DNA of 64,000 nt from a virus. The notes under the pieces are model-generated. The model was given only the letters and a program-made list of their open reading frames with translations, was not told the DNA's origin and did no database searches. The stretch's first letter is position 1. Every line of letters starts with the position of its first letter. Below are positions 26,990 to 35,693 of the stretch, one piece after another. The position numbers and the translations under genes are program-made. The DNA lies in the IMG/VR virus record IMGVR_UViG_3300037483_000453, positions 1 through 64,000 of that record; one strand, given 5' to 3'.

Positions 26990-29470
26990 ATGCCACTTCA
27001 TAGATTTGTGTCTCCCACGTACTTTGGCGGTCTGCCTGGTTCGCATGACCTTATAAACGTGGTCAGCGGTGGTATAGGCGCTGGAGATGGTAGTGCCATA
27101 GTGGCACCACAGAAGCCTGCACCAGACCCTAATGCAGGTACGTATTTCGTAGCATTTGGTGAAGACGGCCTATCATCTCACGCGAATCGAGGTCTTAGGG
27201 CACTGGCAGAAAACACTGATTTCTTAGATGATATTGTGCACAGGGACCAGTCGATTCCTACCTTGTCAGCGCCAGTAACCCCAGGTGCACCGGTTAGCGA
27301 TGTCTTGATCTCAGGAAGTGTGTTTGTCGGTGGTGCTGGTGAGTCTGACGATCAGCGCACTCGCTCTGGTTTGGTGGCAGTGGTAGATGGTACTGGCATC
27401 CCGTTGCATGTGTCGACTGGCGCTGCCTACGTGCCCGTGCTTGTCACTGAGATCCACAATGGTGTTGGCTTCTCAGTGATCGGTAGTGACTACTACACTA
27501 ACCCCACAGTCGAGTTTACACCCTCTATCCCGGCGGGACAAACATATCGGTTGGTTCACTACCTTCGTGGCAACCTGAAGACGCAACCGCTGGGGGCTTA
27601 CACACGACTTGCTGATGGCATTCGTGGCGCTGAGGACCTTTGGGCCTATGCCAAGACAACGCGTCTGGGCAATACCACGTTCACAGGCAACAAGGTCTTT
27701 AGTGACCTTATGGAAATCGCAGGTCCCGTAACCTTCCTGGCAGGGGTATCAGCTGATCAACCCAAGATTTCATTTGCTGAGGTACCAGCGAGCGCTAGTC
27801 AGTATGTATTGATCTCGCAGGTACAGGTTACTACTGCCCCGGATAACTACTACCGGTGGTACTTCAATGGCGAGTCAGTGGTACGCACATACAACGCACG
27901 TTGGGACCTTGGCTCAGGGGACTGGTTTAGCGACAACGTCGGCAATGTGGCTTCCTATGTTGTTGCGATGGATGCTTCTGATGGTGAGGACCACTACATC
28001 TATAAGCAGGCTGCGCCTGCATCCTGGCCGAATGCGGACTGGGGGGTTGTCGGTGATATACAACGTCGAGTAGGTATTTTCATAGGTAAAAGAGCAGATG
28101 ACGGCCCGGATGATGTGGCGGGAGTGGCGGTCTCCACTTTTGTTAGTGGTAGGCCAGATCTGTGGCCCAATGCGGACCCTGACTACGTCTTAGACCTGAC
28201 TGGCTCCTCCTCAGATCGTGGCCAAGCCCGTGTGTACAATACCTTTGAGCGCACTGGCCTTGTTGCTGGTCTTAGCTACACGAGGAACGCTGGTTGGGAT
28301 AATGCTACGCACAAGTGGGCAAGTGACGAAGATACAAAAGGGGCTGCGTCGGTTGGCCTCACCAGGGATGGCTGGCTGTCCATTCGTACGAAGGATGACA
28401 CAGCTACCGACTGGGATGACGTAGATGGGTGGGATGTAGACTGCTCACTTCAGGGCTTCTACATGGGCACCTGGAGTTGGTGGCCCCCGGGGTGGGGAAG
28501 CTCCGCAGCAATCGCAGTCAGACCAGGTATCCCCGGGGTACGCGAAGAGACCTGGGTTATTGGCCCGACATCGGATGGTGCCAATGCTTTTCGTGTTGGC
28601 CCCCATCCAGCAGGGCCTTTTACTTCGGTGGCATCCTCTTCACTTGCTGAAGCCAACACGGTTGTGTGGGATGAGAGTACAAACTCCTTTTATGCAATCC
28701 TGAATGATGGCACTGTGGATGCTTCAGTCGATGGCTTGGATGCGGCATGGTTCAACGTGGGTTCGGTTGCAACGTCTACGAACCAGCTGCGTCTCAGCGG
28801 GAATGTAAATGGGTGCATTACCTACCTAGCAGGTGGCACAGATGTCTACGAGGCAGCGAGCCCCGCTGGGCCTTGGGTCCTGGTGACAGCCTTTATGGTT
28901 CTGCACCAGGACTTCCTATATCATGCAGGTAGTGACCGGTGGATCGCATGTGGCACTATCGCGGCCGGGCAAACCGGCCTGTGGTATTCGAGTGACCGGG
29001 TGAACTGGTCTGTGGCAGCCTTGGCAGGGCCAGCATACTCTCAGGATGACTCGACACGTTTCCTTGCACTCGCACTCAATCCTGAGGACAACATACTGTT
29101 GGCCATAGGTGCCAATGACCACACGGGGGATGACCGTACCTTGTTTGCTAGGTCTACCGATGGTGGGCTTACGTGGACCAGGGAAGTTCGAGATGATATA
29201 GACCAGTTTCAACCCAAGTCGGGAGTCTCAGATCGTTTCTTTAACTCGATCAACTATATCAACGGGCGATTTCTCGCTACCGGTACTGGGCCCGGCGGCA
29301 ACACAGTGCTGGTGGGAGACCGCCTCGGTGATAACTGGGTTCACGTTCCAGGGGTTGTCGGCGATGCTGGCTTTGTAGTCTCTTTCAATGGCCGCGTTGC
29401 CTACTCGAAGAGGACCATTGCGTTGGCTGCAGGTAATGAGATCCGAATGAGTGCTACACTGACCAGGTAA
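26990..29470 (+). CDS. Tail fibre/receptor-binding protein with C-terminal BNR/beta-propeller
   Basis: N-terminal anchor paralogous to 24877; Asp-box-like SSDRVNW, RSTDGGLTW, LGDNW. Confidence 0.75.
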   Translation: MPLHRFVSPTYFGGLPGSHDLINVVSGGIGAGDGSAIVAPQKPAPDPNAGTYFVAFGEDGLSSHANRGLRALAENTDFLDDIVHRDQSIPTLSAPVTPGAPVSDVLISGSVFVGGAGESDDQRTRSGLVAVVDGTGIPLHVSTGAAYVPVLVTEIHNGVGFSVIGSDYYTNPTVEFTPSIPAGQTYRLVHYLRGNLKTQPLGAYTRLADGIRGAEDLWAYAKTTRLGNTTFTGNKVFSDLMEIAGPVTFLAGVSADQPKISFAEVPASASQYVLISQVQVTTAPDNYYRWYFNGESVVRTYNARWDLGSGDWFSDNVGNVASYVVAMDASDGEDHYIYKQAAPASWPNADWGVVGDIQRRVGIFIGKRADDGPDDVAGVAVSTFVSGRPDLWPNADPDYVLDLTGSSSDRGQARVYNTFERTGLVAGLSYTRNAGWDNATHKWASDEDTKGAASVGLTRDGWLSIRTKDDTATDWDDVDGWDVDCSLQGFYMGTWSWWPPGWGSSAAIAVRPGIPGVREETWVIGPTSDGANAFRVGPHPAGPFTSVASSSLAEANTVVWDESTNSFYAILNDGTVDASVDGLDAAWFNVGSVATSTNQLRLSGNVNGCITYLAGGTDVYEAASPAGPWVLVTAFMVLHQDFLYHAGSDRWIACGTIAAGQTGLWYSSDRVNWSVAALAGPAYSQDDSTRFLALALNPEDNILLAIGANDHTGDDRTLFARSTDGGLTWTREVRDDIDQFQPKSGVSDRFFNSINYINGRFLATGTGPGGNTVLVGDRLGDNWVHVPGVVGDAGFVVSFNGRVAYSKRTIALAAGNEIRMSATLTR

Positions 29471-29484
29471 TATACGGAGGTAAT

Positions 29485-29877
29485 ATGGACGACGCGCTTA
29501 CACAACTCATGCACACAGGAACGGTAGTGTTCGGCGTTGCAGTCGTTGTCATTACCTTCTTCATCAGGCGGCTTGTGGAGACATCGTTTCCATCAGTTGG
29601 TAAGAAGGCTGATGAGAACCACCCGGACACGACCTATCTGACAACGTTTGCCAGGTACTGGAACCAGGTGATTCTCTATATCCTGCCGCCACTAGTGGGT
29701 ATCTTGATTGGCCTATTCGACATCCCCTATCTGCATGGTGACGAGGGCCCATCCACTATGGGAGGTCGTATCTTTGCGGGCATCTTCGTGGGAGGTATGT
29801 CGGCAATGGTCTACAAGACAGTCAAGAAGCGCTGGGGGATAGATTTGGACCAGACGCTGCGCAACTCCAACGTGTAG
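29485..29877 (+). CDS. Holin-like membrane protein (3 hydrophobic segments)
   Basis: GGAGG SD; three apolar stretches and a basic C-terminal KTVKKR. Confidence 0.6.
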   Translation: MDDALTQLMHTGTVVFGVAVVVITFFIRRLVETSFPSVGKKADENHPDTTYLTTFARYWNQVILYILPPLVGILIGLFDIPYLHGDEGPSTMGGRIFAGIFVGGMSAMVYKTVKKRWGIDLDQTLRNSNV

Positions 29878-29896
29878 TGAACCTCGAGGGTGTGCC

Positions 29897-30268
29897 ATGA
29901 AACAGTGGTGGGAGCAGCAGGCCTTACCATGGCTAAAAAAGTATGGTCCCTGGATTATCTTCCCTCTAGGATTGCTCCTGCTGGCCGTAAAGGTGCTGGC
30001 AGGTACCAGAACTCAAGTTGTATCCTCCGGGTTCTCAGAGGCTGCTGCTGCCTCTGCTGATGCTGACGAGGAAGCAACGCAGAAGATTGAGGCCTCAACG
30101 GCACACAGGGACAAAAGTGTCGCTGAAATCCATGAAGTGTACACTAAGGCGACGGGAGCACTGGTTGCCAAGCAGACAGCTGGCGTTACTGAGCTTCTTG
30201 AAGATCCTGAGGACCTCAACAAGTTCCTTCTAGATGTAGGGAGGCAGGTGCGCGATGAGGACAGCTGA
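29897..30268 (+). CDS. N-terminal TM plus coiled-coil protein (i-spanin-like)
   Basis: WIIFPLGLLLLAVKVLAG segment followed by an Ala/Glu-rich helix. Confidence 0.55.
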   Translation: MKQWWEQQALPWLKKYGPWIIFPLGLLLLAVKVLAGTRTQVVSSGFSEAAAASADADEEATQKIEASTAHRDKSVAEIHEVYTKATGALVAKQTAGVTELLEDPEDLNKFLLDVGRQVRDEDS

Positions 30269-30842
30269 AGCACTCGCTAAGTACATGCAGCTCCTTCGTG
30301 ACATCAAGGAAGAGTTTCCGGACTTTGATGTCAGGTACAAGAGTGACAGTAGGACGATGAAGGTTTTGGATATCCTTCTGAAGGTAGTCACCTTCGGAAG
30401 GATGAAGACGTTCATGACTGAGTTCATCACAACATATGGTAGTGATATCTACGTGCCAGATGGTTGGGGTGACCGGGACCCTTTGACAAGGTGCATTACC
30501 CTACGGCACGAGAGAGTCCACCTCAGGCAGAAGCAGCGGTACTTTCGCAGTATCAAGTGGTTGAGTTCCCTCTGGTTCAGTGCTCAGTACACCTTGTGGA
30601 TCTTGCCTGCTGGCTTGGCTATGGGCCGCAAGTTGATTGAGCAGGAGGCCTATGAGGAAAGTCTACGGGCTCGTGCAGAGTACCTGGGCATTGCTGCGAT
30701 TGACGATGCTAACTACCGGAAGTCCGTAGTCCACCACTTTATCAGCGCTGACTATTTTTGGACCTGGCCATACCGTGCATCAGTGGAGAAGTGGTATGAC
30801 GCTACTGTCCACAAAATCCGGATTGATATGCGAGATGCCTGA
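30255..30842 (+). CDS. Putative Zn metallopeptidase (HExxH)
   Basis: LRHERVH plus a distal E in EQEAYEE. Confidence 0.55.
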   Translation: MRTAEALAKYMQLLRDIKEEFPDFDVRYKSDSRTMKVLDILLKVVTFGRMKTFMTEFITTYGSDIYVPDGWGDRDPLTRCITLRHERVHLRQKQRYFRSIKWLSSLWFSAQYTLWILPAGLAMGRKLIEQEAYEESLRARAEYLGIAAIDDANYRKSVVHHFISADYFWTWPYRASVEKWYDATVHKIRIDMRDA

Positions 30843-31344
30843 CCAAGGTACATACAAGGGCAAGCCTGCTAACCCGGATACGGTCAAGTTCAAGACTAAC
30901 TTTCAGGGTATCCCTGTGCATGTGGATAGGCCCAAGGGCTTCAAGATGTCCGGGACAACTGAGAAGGGTGAGTCATGGACGCGTGAGTACAAGTTCGACT
31001 ATGGCTTCATTCCTAAAACCAAGGGTGGTGACGGGGATGGCATTGATGTCTTCATCGGTACAAGTCCAGATGCGGCAGAGACTTATTGGGCTGTGCAAAC
31101 TAAGCCGGACGGTACCTTTGACGAGTACAAGGTCTTCTTGGGGTTTGACAGCCGGGATGCGGCTATCGCTACTTACCGAGACCACATTCCCCGGCGCTTG
31201 ATGAAGGGTATGATCACAATTCGTATTGAGATGATGAAGGCCATGTTGGGTATCGATTCAGATGGTCTCATCAAGAAGACGGCTGCCATGAGCATTGTGA
31301 GCTTCTTCGACGAGCTTGGGCAGATACAGGGGTCTTACCTGTGA
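30835..31344 (+). CDS. Inorganic-pyrophosphatase-like domain protein (phage type)
   Basis: DRPKG, DYGFIPKT.GGDGDGIDVFIG, FDEYKVFLGF; start moved to ATG 30835. Confidence 0.75.
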   Translation: MPDQGTYKGKPANPDTVKFKTNFQGIPVHVDRPKGFKMSGTTEKGESWTREYKFDYGFIPKTKGGDGDGIDVFIGTSPDAAETYWAVQTKPDGTFDEYKVFLGFDSRDAAIATYRDHIPRRLMKGMITIRIEMMKAMLGIDSDGLIKKTAAMSIVSFFDELGQIQGSYL

Positions 31345-31832
31345 AACACTGGGTTCTTATCCTTACTCTCCTGTGGGCCCCGGTGGCCCTGGCCTCTGAT
31401 GATGGTGTGCCTGCGTACTCTCCAGATCCACCCATCCAGACGGTCCCCGAGGGCGATGACAAGATTGTACCGGTGACGAAGGGCGAGCCCGCTCCGTTCA
31501 GTGGCCAGCTCTACGGTCCTGCTACGTCGCTGCGCTGGGCCAACTGGCTAGTCCAGTATCGAACTCGTTTGGTTCAGGATGTGAAGCGTGAGCGTGAGGT
31601 AGGCAATACCGAGGTTACGCATCTGCGAGAGTTGATGGAGATTGAGGCTGAGCGAAACGCCAAGGTAGAGAAATCGCTGACTGATGGCCTCAAGCAGAGT
31701 GAACAGCGCAATGCTGACCTGCAAGACCAGATCAATGACCCCAGCTTCTTCAAGTCGATGGAGTTTGGGCTTATCCTTGGTGTGCTGGGTTCCGTGACAG
31801 TAGCTGTGGCTGTCGGATACGCGGCGAAATAG
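31341..31832 (+). CDS. Secreted protein: signal peptide, coiled coil, C-terminal TM (spanin-like)
   Basis: MKHWVLILTLLWAPVALA signal (no lipobox Cys); GEPAPFSGQLY; C-terminal LILGVLGSVTVAVAVGYA. Confidence 0.6.
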   Translation: MKHWVLILTLLWAPVALASDDGVPAYSPDPPIQTVPEGDDKIVPVTKGEPAPFSGQLYGPATSLRWANWLVQYRTRLVQDVKREREVGNTEVTHLRELMEIEAERNAKVEKSLTDGLKQSEQRNADLQDQINDPSFFKSMEFGLILGVLGSVTVAVAVGYAAK

Positions 31833-31842
31833 GAGGCTAAAA

Positions 31843-31866
31843 GAAAGGGGCCGAAGCCCCTTTTCT
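31843..31866. terminator. Bidirectional intrinsic terminator between convergent modules
   Basis: GAAAGGGGC-CGAA-GCCCCTTTTCT, flanked by A- and T-tracts; the + and - operons converge here. Confidence 0.85.
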
Positions 31867-32279
31867 CAGTCCGCCAGCGCGATGATGTCATCGACAAGTT
31901 TGGCGAACTCTTCTGGCCTCTTGGAGGCCGCAACGCGGATGGCAACGGCTGCAATGTGCAGCGCTTGGTCCTGCGCGTCGCGATCGGGGAACTCTTGGGT
32001 ATTCCGGCGTTTGTAGAACTGAGCGAGGCTTAGGCTGTGGTATTCCTCGGGGGATACGGCAACGTAGTGGGTATTACTGTGTAGGTTGCTACAGTGCCCA
32101 CACTGCTGGCACCACCACCACCCTGTGTCGGACTCCCATTCCAGCTTATCTATGGGTGCCTGGCATATACCCAGAGTGTCACTGGCCCACAGAGGGCTCA
32201 TCATACTACTGGGCCTGCCTTGGCCGGCTCTCCAAGGTTCTGTTTGCACTAGATACTGCACGTTGGTTGCGCTGCCCAT
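31866..32279 (-). CDS. Zn-finger hypothetical protein
   Basis: AGGAGG SD; C...CQQCGHC motif. Confidence 0.7.
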   Translation of the reverse strand: MGSATNVQYLVQTEPWRAGQGRPSSMMSPLWASDTLGICQAPIDKLEWESDTGWWWCQQCGHCSNLHSNTHYVAVSPEEYHSLSLAQFYKRRNTQEFPDRDAQDQALHIAAVAIRVAASKRPEEFAKLVDDIIALAD

Positions 32280-32300
32280 GGTCCTCCTGACAGCGTCCCC

Positions 32301-32498
32301 TCAGGGTAGTGCTTGCCTACGTATTAGTTCTCGTAGGCTCTCATCGTCGGCTGTTTCGTGCTCATTGAGCAGGACGCCGAGCTTGCTCGCCAAGGATAGG
32401 AGCTCCTGACGGCTCATGGCCGTCAGAGATGCCTCATCCATGACGATGACATCGTCAGCTTTAGGAAGTTCGCACCCTGGCCAGAGTGCTACCCGGCT
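32301..32498 (-). other. Candidate -1 frameshift extension (65 codons) of 32489-33379, or a separate 46-aa ORF from ATG 32441
   Basis: Open -1 frame from the slippery site GGGAAAA (32504-32498) to TGA 32303-32301; encodes SRVALWPGCELPKADDVIVMDEASLTAMSRQELLSLASKLGVLLNEHETADDESLRELIRRQALP. Confidence 0.55.
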
Positions 32499-33379
32499 TT
32501 TCCCGGTGACACCGTAGCCTCAAACAATGACTCTGGCTCACCGGCCAGGCTGTTCTTGACTGCCAGTGCAGCCAAGGATTGCTTGTCGACTCCCAGCTGG
32601 TTGGAGGTGAGCTCAAGCACTAGAAGCATCAGCATATTCTGTGTGCGTGCCATGCCCAGGGCGATACTCTTGAGTTCGTTGACCTGTGCCAGCAGGCTTG
32701 GCTGCCCCTGGCCTGCGTTACCGGGGTCTCCACTGGTCTGGGGTGCCCGAGTCATCTGTGGCGCAGGGGGAGCGTACTGCTGCTGCGGGGGGGCGATTTG
32801 CGGGGCAGGTGGGGCAGCCTGGGGCATCGGGGGTGCATATTGAGGCGGTGCCTGCGGAACCCCTTGTGGGATGGGCTGCTGCGCATACTGAGGCGGGTGC
32901 TGGAAGCTGGCCTGTGTGTACTGTCGTGGGTCAACAGCTTGCGGGGCAACAGCTTGCTGAGCGTACTGAGGCGCTGGTGGCAGCCCCTGTGCAGCCTGGG
33001 GAGGCGGCGGTGCATGCTGCTGGGGTTGTGGAGCATACTGCTGGGGCTGAGGTGCGTAGGCCATCGGTTGCGGGCTCACAGCTGCGGTTGTCGGGATGTG
33101 GGGGGCTTGTGGTGGCAAGGCCATTGCGGGCTGTTGAGGAGCAGCCTGGGGAGGCGGTGCGTGCCCTGTTTGCGAACCGTTATCACGCAGCTGAAGGGCA
33201 GTTTGCAGTGCATGTACCTGCGTGGCGTCGTCAGCAGCAATGAATGCCTTCTCTTCATCGGACTCATTCGGAAATAGAGCCATGGCAAGGGCGAGATTGT
33301 ATCGCTTGGGGCGAGTGAGGATCTGCAGGCCTGCAGCGTCGCGTGGTGCATTTTCTGGAGTGACTAGAGGTAGGTTCAT
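32489..33379 (-). CDS. P/Q/A/Y-rich low-complexity protein
   Basis: About 150-aa central tract of QQYAPQP-type repeats between helical ends. Confidence 0.75.
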   Translation of the reverse strand: MNLPLVTPENAPRDAAGLQILTRPKRYNLALAMALFPNESDEEKAFIAADDATQVHALQTALQLRDNGSQTGHAPPPQAAPQQPAMALPPQAPHIPTTAAVSPQPMAYAPQPQQYAPQPQQHAPPPPQAAQGLPPAPQYAQQAVAPQAVDPRQYTQASFQHPPQYAQQPIPQGVPQAPPQYAPPMPQAAPPAPQIAPPQQQYAPPAPQMTRAPQTSGDPGNAGQGQPSLLAQVNELKSIALGMARTQNMLMLLVLELTSNQLGVDKQSLAALAVKNSLAGEPESLFEATVSPGKAG

Positions 33380-33382
33380 GCT

Positions 33383-33715
33383 TTATTTCCTGTGCAGTTG
33401 TATGAGGTGCTCATTCTTGGGGTTTCCCACTACACACGACACAACCTGGGTGTCAAGGCACGTGAAGCAGGCTTTAGGATCTTGGGTTCTTAGTGGGCAG
33501 GACACCTGGTTTTGGAGTACCGCCCAGTGACTGAGTACGAAGCCAGCTAATCCATGTCGCCATGAGTCAAAGACATTTGATGAGGCGTCTGGCGTGGGTT
33601 CTTCAATCATGAGTGCTGCAAGTTGGTCCCGCGTCATTGATGGGGTAGCTGGCAGGTTTAACTCACGGCATATCTGATATAGCTCTGTGTGGTTGCAACT
33701 GTTGAATATCGACAT
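33383..33715 (-). CDS. Rho-N/HeH-like N-terminus plus Cys-rich C-terminus
   Basis: TELYQICRELNLP..MTRDQL helix pair; CP...CFTC...C. Confidence 0.55.
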   Translation of the reverse strand: MSIFNSCNHTELYQICRELNLPATPSMTRDQLAALMIEEPTPDASSNVFDSWRHGLAGFVLSHWAVLQNQVSCPLRTQDPKACFTCLDTQVVSCVVGNPKNEHLIQLHRK

Positions 33716-33724
33716 AGATCATCC

Positions 33725-34159
33725 TCAGTATGGAGCCTCTTCCTCCATGTTCCATACCCAGATAAGGGTGTTCTCCTCACCCTCTACTTTGTCGACACGC
33801 GTGCTGAGGAAGTTGCTGTCATCAATACCAAATGCGTCTGCCATCGCATCTTCCAACAGCTTGATGCGGTTGGATGCATCAAGTTTCTTGTACCTGGTTT
33901 TCGCCTTTTCTGGCCACCCTTTGTTGAGTAGGTTGGAGAAGGCTATTTGGACAATGTACCCATAGGGCTTGTTCGGCCTGAACACCCCCAGCTCAGCTGG
34001 GTAATGTTGGACAATATAGGCGCTTGTCTCAACCTTATACCTCCTGCCCTCGGGTGTAAGAACGCGCTTTGGGATTTTCTTTCTCCCACCACCAACCACC
34101 ATTGTCATGTACGCGTGGTTGGTGGAGATGGGGATCCCAGGGATGGCAATGTGGATCAT
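33725..34159 (-). CDS. rusA: RusA-like Holliday junction resolvase
   Basis: PISTNHAY, KKLDASNRIKLLEDAMADAFGIDDS (D.xN..K...D......DD). Confidence 0.85.
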   Translation of the reverse strand: MIHIAIPGIPISTNHAYMTMVVGGGRKKIPKRVLTPEGRRYKVETSAYIVQHYPAELGVFRPNKPYGYIVQIAFSNLLNKGWPEKAKTRYKKLDASNRIKLLEDAMADAFGIDDSNFLSTRVDKVEGEENTLIWVWNMEEEAPY

Positions 34160-34779
34160 CCAAACCTCGGAGGCAGCTGTCCAGGTGCGCGGCTCTGGAT
34201 GCCCCCGTAACCACCAGCGGACTCCATGGCGGCTTTTACACGCTCGATGTTCCTGGACATCATTTTCTCTGCTCGTCCGAGCGACTTTTGCTTAGCCTCT
34301 AGACGGTTCAGATGCTGCTTGTTCTTCTGCAGCTCTAGCTTCAACCATCTGTGCCTCGGGTGGATTTTCACAGCATACTTGAGGTCTTCTGCTGATGGTT
34401 TTCTGCCACCGGAACCTTCGGTAGTGTCAATGAGGTTCTTTCTGATGTGAACCTCGAGGTCCTCCATCTCATTGTTGACTTGGAGGATGATATTCTCCAG
34501 TTGACTGATGGTCTCCCCGACAAAGTTGTGCCAGGAGTCTAGCGCAGCGTAGGTCTCCATGTACTCGTTGCCACTGAGGCCCCGCAATACTTCCACCGAT
34601 ACGGTGGGCATGACTTCTCTAGGGATTGTTGGCTGTGACACCCCTGACAGGGCTAAGCGGTCTTCAATCTCTTGGTAGGTGTTCCAGGCTTCATTGAGCT
34701 CCTGCTGCTGCCGGTCGCTAGGGCCAACTGCAGCAGGCAACTCGCCAAGTCCACCGAGTTGGGTAGCGTGGTCATTCAT
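34156..34779 (-). CDS. Coiled-coil protein, possibly UvsY-like recombination mediator
   Basis: All-helical, located in the recombination cluster; family call is weak. Confidence 0.45.
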   Translation of the reverse strand: MNDHATQLGGLGELPAAVGPSDRQQQELNEAWNTYQEIEDRLALSGVSQPTIPREVMPTVSVEVLRGLSGNEYMETYAALDSWHNFVGETISQLENIILQVNNEMEDLEVHIRKNLIDTTEGSGGRKPSAEDLKYAVKIHPRHRWLKLELQKNKQHLNRLEAKQKSLGRAEKMMSRNIERVKAAMESAGGYGGIQSRAPGQLPPRFG

Positions 34780-35672
34780 CGTTGCCTCCTAACCATCCCC
34801 TGCATAAGCTTCGTCCTCTTGGGTTGCCGCCCCTTCAAGATTGCTGGTTGGCATGTGTGAGAGAAGGCACACCACTTACAAGGCATGCCTTCGGTTCTCT
34901 CAGGCAGCTGCCCCGTAGTAGCCATTGCATGTGCTTTGGCAAAGCGCATCTCCAGCGTGTTCCACAACCAGTAGTCAAACTGGAATAGGTACGGTGGGTA
35001 GCTGGATGTGATGTTGGAGTTTGACTTGTTGTAGTAGAACGTCCACATCAGCGGCAGGTCTAAAGCAGCCATATATAGGGTGGTCTGTTCCTTATGGTAG
35101 TCCCGAGGTTCCCTGAGTTTTTCGTACTGCTTGTCAGACTCAGTTTTGATCTCGAGGCCAACTCTCAGCACTGCTGCGCCTTGAGGATTCCAGAATGTGA
35201 AGATGCCATCACAGGCTGAGTGTAGGTCCCATTCGGCCGCGGGCCCACCGAGGCCCGGATGGACCTTGACCTCATCTTCAAAGGTCATGGAGCACCCGGG
35301 CTCTCCGTTAATGACCCAGAGCCCCCTTGTCTTTTGGGCAATACGGTGCCAGTCGTTCTGCACCATGGAATGGACGGCCGTACCAAGTGCAAAACGCATG
35401 AGCATGTTTACGTCAGCACTGGCAGGGTCAGACTTGCGTTCTACATTCAGGATGCTGTAGACCACCAGACGAAGGCACTGAGACATCTCCGATGCGTGGA
35501 TGCCTGGTGCCCTACCCTTGCCACCGTGCACCTGTACTGGGTACTCGTAGCTATCGTCCTGATTACTGGCTACATAGTCAAAGTACGCTTGGCTCAGTGA
35601 GTTGGTAACAGCTAGGTAGCCATCGATGCCCTCTTGTGGCTGGTCTAGGTCTGATATTGTCAACAGTGGCAT
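34776..35672 (-). CDS. Cas4-like PD-(D/E)XK exonuclease
   Basis: HASEMSQC, CDG, EIKT, QTTLYM, CKWC...C (one plus three Cys Fe-S ligands). Confidence 0.85.
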   Translation of the reverse strand: MPLLTISDLDQPQEGIDGYLAVTNSLSQAYFDYVASNQDDSYEYPVQVHGGKGRAPGIHASEMSQCLRLVVYSILNVERKSDPASADVNMLMRFALGTAVHSMVQNDWHRIAQKTRGLWVINGEPGCSMTFEDEVKVHPGLGGPAAEWDLHSACDGIFTFWNPQGAAVLRVGLEIKTESDKQYEKLREPRDYHKEQTTLYMAALDLPLMWTFYYNKSNSNITSSYPPYLFQFDYWLWNTLEMRFAKAHAMATTGQLPERTEGMPCKWCAFSHTCQPAILKGRQPKRTKLMQGMVRRQR

Positions 35673-35693
35673 GGTGTCTCCATCGATGCGCTC

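Noticed and set aside
12014-29470. Diversity-generating retroelement or invertible fibre cassette
   Set aside because: No reverse transcriptase or invertase, and the repeats are diverged at the DNA level rather than near-identical or adenine-biased.
4761-32306. Repeated TCCCCTCAGGG at 4761 and 32296
   Set aside because: Only two 11-nt copies in opposite transcriptional contexts; compatible with chance.
34776-35672. CRISPR-Cas system suggested by the Cas4-like gene
   Set aside because: No repeat-spacer array and no cas1/cas2 or effector genes seen in the window; the context is recombination.
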